Made by a program: the position numbers and the translations under genes. Positions 1 to 11,887 of a stretch of DNA of 64,000 nucleotides are shown here, piece by piece (the stretch's first letter is position 1; the number at the start of each line of letters is the position of its first letter). This DNA is from Tubulanus polymorphus (Eukaryota > Animalia > Nemertea). Under the pieces are notes generated by a model. The model did no database searches. It was not told where the DNA came from and saw nothing but the letters and a program-made list of their open reading frames with translations. The stretch spans positions 24,300,345 to 24,364,344 of the forward strand of contig NC_134028.1 of the NCBI RefSeq assembly GCF_964204645.1. Direction: 5' to 3'.

Positions 1-216
1 GCCACAAATATACAGGACGAAACATAACCCCAGACAACCAGCTACAGCTTGCTTTAATCGGGGATGCTTTAATCTTTTCAGTAACAACCCGAAAAGAATA
101 GAAATAGCTAACAAAATCGCGTAAATCAGATCATCCGATGTCATTTTGAGATCAACAACAACAACGACTATTTCGCCATCTATCGAAATTCGCCGGAACT
201 AGAGAAATGTCGCAAA

Positions 217-3200
217 ATGGAAGTCGCTATTAACGACAAATCTAAACGACCAGAAGTCGGCAATGGTTTGTCTTTTATCTTGAAATGCAGACGAATTTTA
301 TATTAAAAATGTTAATCGTGAATCATCCGAGCAATTAGATGGTCATTAATTAATTAGTTTAAACTCGTTGATCCCTTTACGCGTTTTCTACTTAGATTAA
401 CGAATCTCACTCTCTAGAGAAACCATTTACAGCAACAATAGCCATGAGATGAGTGATCTGACCCTGCTCTCCGCTCCACTCAGAATCCAATGATTTTCCT
501 GCACCCAAAGAATCAAAATTCCACCCCATGATATGCTTCGCGATGATGGGACCAATTCAACCCAAAGAATTTAGACCCTCAGGCCCCAATAAGATGACTT
601 CCTTCACAATCCATCTCCTCTGCAATCTATTACCTAAAAAAAAGAATAAATGAGTGAATTTACTGCATCAACCCTGCTCCTCTCCAACCAAGACTCTTCT
701 TCAACAAAATCCAATGATTGTCCTGCACCTGGCCCTAAGTGGGGCCTATCAAAATTCCGCCCCATGAAATGCTTCGATAATGGGCCCCTAGGCCCAAATA
801 AGATGACTTCCTTCACAATCCGGCCCGCATGCTAAAATGGTCCAAATATCTTTTTTAGAATTTGATGAAGAAGAACTCGAAGATGACAGTTTCAGATGCG
901 GCCGATGTAAAGTCGAACATAAACATGTCGAAGAATTTCTGGAGCACAAGAAATTCTGCGCGGCAAGCAGACCCGCACTTCAGAGTCAAAGGCCTGAAAC
1001 GGAAGACAAATCATCTCGCAGTTCGGCGAACGACTACTCGAGAAACCGCAAATCATCGAATTCACAAACTGATCGCTTGAGGGCGCCGAAGCCTACAGAG
1101 GATCACTCCGTACACCTGACTATAGAGGTCGCTGATCTTCCGAGAAATGTGTCACCGTCGACTTTAAGTTACACGCTCAAAGACTCCGGTCATCGAGTCA
1201 AAGTGATCAAGAAAGAATCGACTCAGTTTTCGGAATCGGAGATTCACGACGCGGAAGATACAGTAACGCGAGCCGCGTTAGAGACCCTCAGATTCGAGCA
1301 ATCATTACGCGATGAAAACAATGCCGATTATTCAGAATCGGATGTTATAAATTTAACGGCTGATGAACGACCTTATAAATGCGAAGTGTGCTTCAAGGGT
1401 TTCAAAGAGGTATTGGACAATAAAGCCTACTGTCTGAATATTCCCAGTCCTGAATGTAGCTGGTTTGTAGCAGATTAGCTTACTACGACTCGTGGTATGG
1501 GAACCACTAATATTTTAAGGTTCTTGGTGGCAATCTGTTTTCACCTCTCAGACAATCTGCTGTCTGTTTTCACCCCTTAGACAATCAGCTGTCTGTATCC
1601 TGCACCCCTTTCAGACAATCTGCTTGTCTGTACCCTGCTACCTGGTCAGACAATCTGCTGTCCGTTTTCGCCCGCTAAACCATCTACTGTCTGTATCCTG
1701 CACCCCTTTCAGACAATCTGCTGTCTGTACCCTGCACTCCCTCGGACAATCTGCTGTCCGTTTTCGCCCGCTAAACCATCTACTGTCTGTATCCTGCACC
1801 CCTTTCAGACAATCTGCTGTCTGTACCCTGCACTCCCTCGGACAATCTGCTGTCCGTTTTCGCCCGCTAAACCATCTACTGTCTGTATCCTGCACCCCTT
1901 TCAGACAATCTGCTGTCTGTACCCTGCACTCCCTCGGACAATCTGCTGTCTGTTTTCACCCCTTAGACAATCTGCTGTCCGTTTTCGCCCGCTAAACCAT
2001 CTACTGTCTGTATCCTGCACCCCTTTCAGACAATCTGCTGTCTGTACCCTGCACTCCCTTGGACAATCTGCTGTCTGTACCCTGCACTCCCTCGGACAAT
2101 CTGCTGTCTGTACCCTGCACTCCCTCGGACAATCTGCTGTCTGTACCCTGTGCTCCCTTAGACTTCACTTCTAGGTCTCCTGTCACGACACAAAGCATTA
2201 TCAATTGAAAATGAATTACAGTTTTATCCTCGCCCCACAGCCATGGATGTAGACATTTTGTCACCGTATATGGAAAATCAGTTCATCAAACATTCACTTA
2301 TCGAACTGTGACAGGTACAGGGTACAGGCAGTAGACTCATAAACTGTGCGTAAACTGGCGGCTTCCTCCATAAATCCTCTAATGACATGATTGTCTTATT
2401 TCTGTATTTTCAGATGGCCATACGACGAGCTCACATGTTAACGCACTCTTACGTGAGAAATTTCCCGTGTCCGTACGAAAACTGTGATCATTCGTTCAAA
2501 ACGAAAGGATCTTTGAAACGCCATATTAGGAGACACACAGGTCTGTTTAACTAGCCACGTGTCGTGATTGAAATATCAGTTCATTCGTTTCAGAGATTTC
2601 TCGTACGTAATTTCAGGTGAACGTCCGTTTAAATGTCGAGAATGCGGTCGCAGTTTTCGCGAATCCGGAGCTTTATTGAGACATAAAAAATCGAGGTGAT
2701 TAATTTCCGCTGCCGAACCACAAGTGCACATCGGTGATTTAAGATTTTGGCTATATAGAGAGTTTAGCAGTACGATATATGAGGGGTTAATTTAACAAAT
2801 TCCAAAGCAAGAATACGTACATGTATTCCATTCTCAGAAAAAAACCTGTTGTTGGCGTTGTTGGGCGCGTTTGGTGGTTTATATATAGGCGCAGTATATC
2901 AGTATGTTCCATAATACAGTAGAGTGACTAAAATTGCTGTTTTCACTTTCAGAACTCCCTGTATTGTTAAAGCTGATACTGATTTGCCGTTATACGGCGT
3001 AAATAGAGATATCAACCCTTCGTCAAGCAGTCAAATAAAACTAGAAATCATCGATGATCAACCAACTGAAAGCTGCGAAGATTCATCTGAAGTAAGTTCT
3101 ATTTACAGTAGCGTGAAAGTTTTTAAAATCTGCCGCATGATAAATCTAAACCCACTTATGCCTATATACAAAATCTAAACGATGAATAGCGAATTTGATT

Positions 3201-6200
3201 CATCAGAAATTAGAATAAAAAACAGGCTGGAGTTAAAAATGTTGTGTCTTTGTCTGTTGTGATTTGAATATTTGTTACACAAAAATTCACTTGTAATCTT
3301 TTGAATTTTATGTAGTGGGTTTTAAACTAATAATCTCTAATTTTCTATGTCAGCGTGTATAGGCTACTATTCTACCGTCGGAAGATTTTTGTCCTAAATC
3401 AGGTTTCACCATATTTTCAGCCAATGGAAACTGAGCCTGTGATTGATGATGTGGTTCCTGATGTTGGTGAACAGTTAGAAGTTAATAAACAGCCTTTATT
3501 GCAAATCAGATGTCTGGTGAGTCAATGAACCATTTAATATCAGTACAGCTAATTCAAGGTTCTCTTGAAATTTCTGGGAATCAGAACAAAGGAAATCTTT
3601 TAGCCCTCTTAACATTTGTATGAAATTTGTATGATATTTATTTGATATTTATTTGATATTATTTTAAAGGCTTGTAATAACTTGTTTGACAATAAATCTG
3701 ACCTGTGCAGCCATCTACAAGAGCATGTTAAATCAATACCAGCACTTACGTGCGAAATCTGTAGCTTTACTGCCTGTTCAAACAAAGATCTACAAAATCA
3801 CTTCATCGAACAGCATCAGGATCCGGTAAGCGTAAACCCGGTTTATATTCAACCACTACATTCATGTTCATACCTGATTGTAGCTAAAATTCTACATCGA
3901 TCTTTTTCAGAGTGAAGATGAAAATGGCCAGAAAATTGTTGCTCATTCTGAAACGGACGCGGCTCTCGCAGGCATCAATATCGCGGATACAGATCGCGAC
4001 TTGAACAATTCAAATTTGACTCATCAACAAAAGAAGTATGTAGTGGGAGGCAGGAATATGAAATATTGTGAGAGAATTTTATTTCAATCTGTCCTGATTG
4101 TGATCACGGTTACCACTTTTATATTGTATCGTAACATGATGCGAAAAATTGCCGTGAATAAAGGATTTGTGTTAATTTACAGTGAAGCAGCCGTCGCTCT
4201 GACACAGTTATCAGATATGGGCTACACGGATAACGAATCGAACATCGCGACGGATTCCAGTTTGATGCCGAGAAATCATAAGTGTCCTTATTGTAATCGA
4301 TTGTTTAGAGGACGCAGTTACCTTCGATTACATCTGCGTATACACACTGGTATGTAAGGCGAATTTAACTTGTCGAATCAGATTTGATTTTCCTAATCAT
4401 AATTTGCTAGTCACGTGTAATCTAATCAAATTTAGATTTGCACAACAGGATGAATTTGACGCCTTGTTCCAAATGGCTGACAAGAAAATACTGTCCCACT
4501 TTATAAGATATTGTTTCCTATGAATGAGTTTCAGGTTTCTCTTTCAGTTTTGACATTTATATCAGTTTTTCGAAAAAAAACGTATCTTCAAATCGTATCA
4601 AATCACCTCTGGGGTTTTGTAGTATTTCTACGGGGAGTGCTGGATGTATGTGAATAAAATGGAGGGAATTAGGTGGTACAGAAAACTTGTTTGAAGCAAG
4701 GGGCGTTCCTAAGGAAATTTGGTTTTAATGATTTGTCCCTTAATAAATAGGACTACTTCAATGTCCTGCATTGAAAATCCGAAAATATCTAGATCCAACT
4801 CTTTCAGTCAAGAAAGTGTCTGAAAGTTATTGGGTACTAGAAATTTTCAGGGGAGAAGGGGAGATATCTTCAGCCTGTGAACATTGTTCGTGAAGGTTAA
4901 AGCATTTTAACCATGAGAAAACTTGTTAACAATGAGAAGACCAGGGTCCTGACCCCTGAAGATATCGCTCTAGAATCACCCCTGCTTTTCAGGAAAATAT
5001 TTGAAAGTTATCGGGAACTTTTAAGAAATAAACAGGGGGCATGAATCCTGTAACCTAGACTGTTGAAACACTGGCTCGAATTTTTACATTTTCATGTATT
5101 AATTTGTCAATCGCTGATTATTTGCAGGAGAAAGGCCGCATAAATGTCCGCATTGTCTGAAAGGATTCACAACTCGAGACGCGTTGAATAAACATCTGTT
5201 CGTACATACTGAAGATCGTCAGTTTAAATGCGGCGAATGCGGCAAAATGTTCAAACGTATTTCACACGTGAAAGAACACCTGAAAATACATTCATCCGAA
5301 CGACCGTACGAGTGTAGCTGTTGTAATAAACGATTCAAAACTAGCGTGAGTTACACTTTACACACTATGAGTTACACATATCACACCTGAGCCATCATTA
5401 ACCCTTTCAGTGCTGACTAGTTAATACCCTATAGTGCTAGAGATAATTTGAAAAATTTTAATAATTCCACCCTAGTGTGTTGAATAACAGGAACACCACT
5501 ATAGTGGTCTACACAGCGGCGCGGTGTATCGTTAGTTACTAATATTTCACTGTTTGACAAGTGCTGCCATTTTTCAAGAGAGATAATTACTAATTACATC
5601 AATACACCGCAGTGCGGTGAACTAGCAAAATCCATCGCTGATTTATACATCGCACTGCAGTGTAGATGCACTGAAAGGGTTAAGATAACTTAGTTCTAAC
5701 TGGTAGACTGATATTAATCTCAGTATTTCAGAGTTTACCCTTTTAATGCTGACTAATTAATACCCTATAGTGCTGGAGATAATTTGAAAATTTTAAGAAA
5801 TTCCACCCTAGTGTGTTGAATAACAGGAATACCACTATAGTGCGTCTACACCGCGGCGCGGTGTATCGTTAGTTACTAATATTTCACTATGTTTGACAAG
5901 TGCTGCCATCTTTCAAGAGAGATGATTACTAATTACATCAATATACCGCAGTGCGGTGAACTAGCAAAATCCATCGCTGATTTATACACCGCACTGTAGT
6001 GTAGACGCCCTGAAAGGGTTAATGAACCTACTATTGTGACTTCACAGGGTTGCCACATACCTGGAAAACATCGAAATGATTTTCCTGCAGTATTCATCAG
6101 GCTTGATTTGTTCTTATTTTTCAGAACGCGTGTAAGGTACATATCCGTACTCATACGAGCACGGCGCCGTGGCAGTGCAGTTTCTGTTCGAAATCTTTTC

Positions 6201-8920
6201 GCGAGAAAGGTTCGCTCGAACGCCACTGGAGGAAACATACCGGTTCTAAACCGTACGAATGCAAGCATTGTAAACGACGTTTCTCCGAACACGGGACACT
6301 CAACAGACATCTTAGAGCTAAAGGTAAATCATAATCGGTTTTTAGATTGATTCATTTTCAGAGAGTCTTTGAATAAAGACCCCACGAGGAAGAATTTAAA
6401 CCAACTGTATACAAATTGAAGAGATTAGAAATGAAATTTATTCATCTACACGTGAAGTTAGAATGAAAAAGATTTAAGACACCGGGCTGGTTCCTCAGTT
6501 GAGACTTAAGTCCAAAAATGGTCTTAAATTTTTGGACTGGTCTTGTTAGAATGGTTATAGAGCTAAGATGGTCTTTAATTGGCATTAAGTCTAAGCCATG
6601 ACTATGGAACTGGGCCCTGATAGAGTTCAAAATATTGTCTTTTAATTTTTCCTTCTCACTCTTGATGAATAAATCTTTTAATTAAGTTGTTAATCTTTGT
6701 AAAATCTTTTAAATTTGTAAAGTGAGATAATTATCCCATTAATGTGCATTGGCTGCTATTCTGACTATAGACCAGGAGGTGCTGCCATCTAGCGGTGGAT
6801 TAGCGAAGTGCATTTGGCATGAACAGGAAGCATTGAAATGGCATCAAGTTTGAACTGATTTTACTTCTGAACAGCTGAAAATGGGAATTATAAAGTGAAA
6901 TCTATGATTAAGTTAATCAGGAGCTTCATTACTGGGATTGTGTTAGTTTGAATAGTGAAGATGTATCGCCTAAATCAGTAGGAAATTTGGAATAAGTCAT
7001 TGAATCCACGTTTTTGAAACAAAATGGCTGCTGCGTCGAAAACGTTATCGATATTAGACAAATTACGTGCATTGACTCTAAAGTACGGGTTTATAACGTC
7101 GAGCAGTGCGCGTGAAGGGTTTACGCTGCATCACTACGGTCCGTGTGGCGCCGGTTTAAAACATAATCTCATCAACGAATGGACGAAAGCCGTTACGTTA
7201 GCGGAGAATATCTCATTGATCGACGTGACCTCGGCGAGCGATGATCCCGAGGAAATCCGCAAGGCGGCGCTGTCGTATTATCCGCATTTGTTGCGATTGA
7301 ATAACGATCGTCTGCCGGTCGGGCTGATTTATCGCACAAACGAAAGACGCGACGATGACGAAATATCGAAGACGACCGGCGATGATCGATTTCTAATCGA
7401 CAGTCGGTTTAGGGAGAGTTACGTGTTGTATCAGTTCGTGGCGCCGTTCACCGCCAGACGTTGGATCGATTACTGGGAACGACAGCGGATTCAGTGGTGG
7501 CGTCGATTCGCGAGGAATCCGTCGAATTTCACCGTCTCCGAGCGGAGCGGTAACGATTCATCGGATACGGCGGCGTCAGCTGGTCTTAATAATAATAATA
7601 ATAATAATAATAACGGAGGCGGAGGGAAGGATATTGTGAAAATCCGGTACGACTATCCGTGGGGACGAGATTGTATTGAAACGATCGCGAACTACGAACG
7701 AGAACCGCTCGACGAAGTCGGATTGAATTCGACGAAATTTCACGGAAAAGCCGGACGCAAAACGTATCTACCGTCGGTGCTCGAAATCAAGTTCAACGTC
7801 GAGCACGCGATACTCGTGAATTTATGCGACGCGTTCGCCGAGAAAAAACTCAAACGTAATCTACGCACCGTGCTACAGTTACATCGACGATTGGTACATT
7901 TTAAAGTCGCGGTGGCCGTGACTTACAGCGCAAGTTCGATGACCGAGGTACAAGAAGTCGCCGGGTACGTGACGAGGACTTTACTCGGCGCCGGAATCGT
8001 AACGCTGAATTTGTGTAATCTGTCGAGTCAGTTGACGCAGAACGTGACGAAATGCGATCATATGGGTATACCGCACGTGTTGATCATCAACGAACAGTGT
8101 TTAACCGACGGTCTCGTGCAACTACGCAATCGCGACACGACGCTAGAAGAACAAGTTCATCTCACGAAAATAGTCGAGAAATTGTTGAAATATAACCAAG
8201 CGTGAGGAGGGATGATGTAACGATAGAGATTAGTTTATAAGAAATCGTTAGGTATTAACTTCCAAAGCAATTTGATAAAGAGTAAACTCCGAATTGGTCC
8301 ATCGGATTCTCCCTGCAAAATACTATCAAATTCGAATCAGTTCTTTCCCATCCTCCCCCGGCAGGGATTCGAACCTGATGGCATCGAGATTGCCACGGCA
8401 CGAAACCCTGCCATAATCGACCGTGTGCGCATGTACCCGCGCACCCGGTCTACTGATGCAGGGGTTCGTGCCGTGGCTGAGTGAAGCGATGCCATCAGGT
8501 TCGAGTCCCTGCAGAGGGAGGATGTTCTTTCCTGATTTCCATCAATTATTTATAGTTGAAGGTTCTATTGTACTTAGAAATTTTCCCTACTCAAATTCAT
8601 GACGAAGATGACACATTGTTGTTGCTTCCAAGAATTCACTCAGACATGTGTTTTCTTCTGTTATTCTGTTATTCGAAGAATCGAAAACTACTTAAGCTCC
8701 GATCGAAAACTGTAACGACAATTTGTAAGCAACTATATAGAAAAAAGGTTAAGTCGAATTCATCGACGTCACATTTGTATCGGCCGCATCCACCTAATAA
8801 AGCAACTCCAGTTGTAACGGAAATTAACATTCCAATTTCGAACTTAATATTTTGATTATAGGATTTTCTTTGATTTCATACATTGATTAGTGAGTTCTAT
8901 AGAAACTCGTTAACTATACG

Positions 8921-8991
<71 letters not shown>

Positions 8992-10678
8992 CAAAATTCA
9001 TTTCTGAACGTATTTTATGTCAAGTGGGATTAATCTAGTCCTGGGGCCAGTTGCTCGAAGTTGGTTCAAGATAAACCGGCGGATAAATACCCTATTAGCC
9101 TAACAAAGAACTTTTAATTGTCGCTATATCAACTATCCTAAACTAACTTTCTAAACCATTTTTGAGCAACTGACCCCTGGCTCTAAAGGTAGACAGTAAC
9201 CTGTCTGTGGTTGAGTTTCACGATCAGATATTTCTACAACCCGCAATTGGTAAAAGCCAATCCGATAATGAAAGCCAGTTACTATCAGCGATTGCGTTTC
9301 TAACCAGTTCTAGGGTCAACTCGGATAAAGATTGTCCGGACAAGGTTAATTATCCGATGTTTTTATCGAGGTGTTTTTCTCTTTGTATTTCTATAGTGCC
9401 TTGCTACATGAATAAAAAGAGAACGAACACGGAAGACGATCACGAGATGAATCCTGAACCGAACGTTCTGGCGGAGTTTTCGTCAGTGGTAGCCGATACA
9501 CAACGTTACATCATCCCCGCGGATAATGATCATAATAATGAGGTAAAGTATGATTTATAATAAAGATCAGATATATTATAGAAACCAGGGTTCATAGCCT
9601 CCGCATGACCGAATAACTCGAGGACCATTGATGAAACACACATCGTTTTGGAAAGGTAATATCAAAATCCCGTGCTAAGAAGGAAAACTTTTATGCTGCA
9701 TATTACTATTAGTTTGTATCACACCTCAGTGCTTCATTGGTCTCTTAGTTAAGGACTGATAAGATGCATTTCAATCTCACAAAAAACCAGTCCGTAACGA
9801 TATCAAAATGCCGCACTAAGAATGTCAACTGTTTGGTTGCTGTACATAACCCAAAGTTTGTATATCACGTCTTGTTGCTTTATTGCGTCTTTGTTCAGGA
9901 CTCATAAAATGCATTTCAAAATCTCAAAAATTAGTATTAAGGATGTAGTTGAAACTTTGAATATGTATAGCTTAAGGAATCTTTCGTGCCATTCTTAGTA
10001 TAGGATTGTTAGTGCTACGTGTAATTCCATCAGTTTCGATTACTTTTTAAACCTTAGCCCAGTTTCATCGGTATATACACCAACTGTCTTGATTTTTAAT
10101 CTCAACTAATTAGTCAGCCGATCCGCAAACCGTATTTCCAACTGTCTCGCTGAAAAAAAAATTACCGATTGATTTTTTAGGCTGTACACACCGAGTTCGT
10201 GGTTGTGGATGAAGACGCATCGATTAATACCGAAGACGGTTCATCTTCTTACGTGTTGGTGAATCAGGGAAATGATGAATACATTCTTATAGACGGTAAC
10301 ACCGGTAAAACTGTATCGGTCAATATGACGACCGATGATTCGCGAGGCGTTTCCGTTTTAGAACTGTCCGAACAAGCTAATCACGCGAGGAGCGACGACC
10401 GAGCCGTCACTTACACGCTGGATCGTCAATGCGATGAAACCGTTACTTACACAACCGACGGTTTACAGCTAGCTGATATTCTCAATACGGCCGTGTTAGA
10501 ACAGGTTTCCAGCAAAACACGTGACGGCAGTGATAATAATACGATAACAATAGTAACCGATTCAAACGTCGATGATTTACAGTTGAAAGCTATTGAACAA
10601 GTGGTGAATGAAGCGACGTCTGTGAATTCTGTACAATATGTAGCCGTAACACCTACTACTGAAAACAATAAGAGTTGA
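217..10678 (+). CDS. E4F1: E4F transcription factor 1-like C2H2 zinc-finger protein (13 coding exons)
   Basis: Phase-consistent GT-AG exons: 217-265, 859-1409, 2414-2540, 2617-2695, 2953-3091, 3421-3516, 3670-3825, 3911-4035, 4183-4349, 5128-5345, 6125-6323, 9397-9542, 10181-10678. E4F1-type signatures: N-terminal [88 protein letters not shown]; acidic tail. Confidence 0.85.
448..830. repeat. Diverged ~200-bp tandem duplication in E4F1 intron 1
   Basis: Blocks accctgctc, aatccaatgatt, atcaaaattcc, tgcttcg and ggcccc/aaataagatgacttccttcacaatcc occur twice in the same order (about 448-612 and 650-820). Confidence 0.7.
1530..2163. repeat. Minisatellite of ~30-33 bp monomers (gacaatctgctgtc...) with a 96-bp higher-order unit, in E4F1 intron 2
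   Basis: Higher-order unit starts at 1649, 1745 and 1841 (period 96). It explains the repetitive ORFs 1624-1995, 1638-1895 and 2001-2264. Confidence 0.95.
5402..5679 (+). mobile_element. piggyBac-type MITE, copy A (~280 bp)
   Basis: 12-bp TIR CCCTTTCAGTGC...GCACTGAAAGGG, TTAA on both sides (5398-5401, 5680-5683), no ORF. Confidence 0.9.
5738..6018 (+). mobile_element. piggyBac-type MITE, copy B (58 bp after copy A)
   Basis: Highly similar to copy A. Left end TTTA-CCCTTTTAATGC is slightly decayed; right end CTGAAAGGG-TTAA. Confidence 0.88.
6484..6617. mobile_element. Degenerate Harbinger/PIF-type MITE
   Basis: Ends gggctggttcctcag...ctatggaactgggccc. Similar termini occur near 26748, 27921-28041, 28250-28358 and 54555-54632. 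Confidence 0.55.
6781..6798. promoter_or_regulatory. CTCF-like motif upstream of the nested POLG2
   Basis: gctgccatctagcggtgg fits the CTCF core TGCCA(C/T)CTAG(T/C)GG, ~240 bp before the POLG2 ATG. Motif match only. Confidence 0.4.
7024..8205 (+). CDS. POLG2: Mitochondrial DNA polymerase gamma accessory subunit; intronless, nested in E4F1 intron 11
   Basis: 393-aa ORF with class II aaRS (GlyRS)-like motifs: YGPCGAGLKHNLINEW, WIDYWERQRIQWWRRFA, YDYPWGRDCIETI, RTVLQLHRRLVHFKVAV, DHMGIPHVLIINEQCLTDGLVQLRNRDTTLEEQVHLTKIVEKLLKY. It carries an (AAT)n poly-Asn insert. Confidence 0.92.
   Translation: MAAASKTLSILDKLRALTLKYGFITSSSAREGFTLHHYGPCGAGLKHNLINEWTKAVTLAENISLIDVTSASDDPEEIRKAALSYYPHLLRLNNDRLPVGLIYRTNERRDDDEISKTTGDDRFLIDSRFRESYVLYQFVAPFTARRWIDYWERQRIQWWRRFARNPSNFTVSERSGNDSSDTAASAGLNNNNNNNNNGGGGKDIVKIRYDYPWGRDCIETIANYEREPLDEVGLNSTKFHGKAGRKTYLPSVLEIKFNVEHAILVNLCDAFAEKKLKRNLRTVLQLHRRLVHFKVAVAVTYSASSMTEVQEVAGYVTRTLLGAGIVTLNLCNLSSQLTQNVTKCDHMGIPHVLIINEQCLTDGLVQLRNRDTTLEEQVHLTKIVEKLLKYNQA
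8349..8524. mobile_element. Internally deleted copy of the long-TIR element with tRNA-like arms
   Basis: CATCCTCCC...GGGAGGATG ends, flanked by (g)ttctttcc direct repeats (8-9 bp). Arms nearly identical to those of 37034-37372; the central spacer is lost. Confidence 0.85.
8922..8988. repeat. (TA)n microsatellite
   Basis: Uninterrupted TA dinucleotide run. Confidence 0.97.
9044..9176. mobile_element. Harbinger/PIF-type MITE
   Basis: TIR GGGCCAGTTGCTCGAA / TTTGAGCAACTGACCC, 3-bp TSD CTG (9041-9043, 9177-9179). Confidence 0.75.
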
Positions 10679-11887
10679 TTCAGGGTCCCTACGGCTCCTT
10701 GATACCTAAAAAAAACTACTTCTAAAGGGAAATGGTGTTTAAGGGTGCTTGAAACTCCTTTAATTTGAACTAAACTTCAATTTTGAGAAATAGGCAATGG
10801 AAAATGTTTGTAGTTGTACAGTAAACTACGTCTAAATACAAACAGTTGGGACCAGGATTTTCTCTTTTAGGCGGTTACTGAATTAGAGTTAAGATAGTGT
10901 AAAGGATGAAAGTTGGCCTTACAAAACGACCCAATTAATGATTCGATGTACTAATAATTTTCTATGAATTGACATAACTGTTAACATTTGGAAGACAATA
11001 AATGTTGATATCAAATATTCAATTCTAATCCTCTCATCTCACTTGTCTTTTTGTCAGTCCGAATGTTTGAGGTAGAGGATGATAATCAGTTTCTTCGTGA
11101 ATCAGACGCGAACAAAGACACAAGAAATTGAGTTCCGACAATTCACCCTGCATTTATTGCTTCATATACAAAGCTGTTGTAACGAACGAGCACTGTATTT
11201 GACATCAAACATTTCTTAACACATTGAAGTTACATTTATTTCAAATATCTGTACCGGTTAATAAAAAATGAAGAGGTCGCAAGTTGATTAAACGCAGAGG
11301 CTACCAGTTCCCCTCAACAGTAATTGGAACCAACAAAATAGTAAATAAGATAGGAAATTAGAAAATTATTTCACTGTTGATAAGAAGTTGACCATGTTCG
11401 AGTTCAGTGAGGTTTATTAAGGTTTACTGTACATCGATATTTTCTACATGGTTACACGTATACATTATAGTTAAATCGAGACCAAAACGAATACAATAGC
11501 GATACTGGATTGAATTATTGAATTTTTTGGACTAAATTCAATTTTTCGCCCCAAAAAGATGAATTACAACAATGAAGAGTTCACGGCACAAAAACGGAAT
11601 TGTGCATTTACTACAAAAATTAGGAACGAACACTTACAGTAAATATTCTATGTATTTCGCGACAGAATTAGTTAATTACGTTCCGAAACAAAAAGCTGAT
11701 TTCATTCATCGAACTGATGAGTATCTCTCCTGTATCTTCCGTAATATAATGAGACAAGTCAATGGTGATTTCATCACAGTTCAATCAAATATTGTACTGA
11801 TGATGACGTAGAGACCGATAGAGAGAGTTCAACAATGTATTGTTCAGCACACTTGCTATTTGAAGCAGCGTCACGTTATTGTCCTCA

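Noticed and set aside
1624-2264. Repetitive ORFs in E4F1 intron 2
   Set aside because: Products of the minisatellite.
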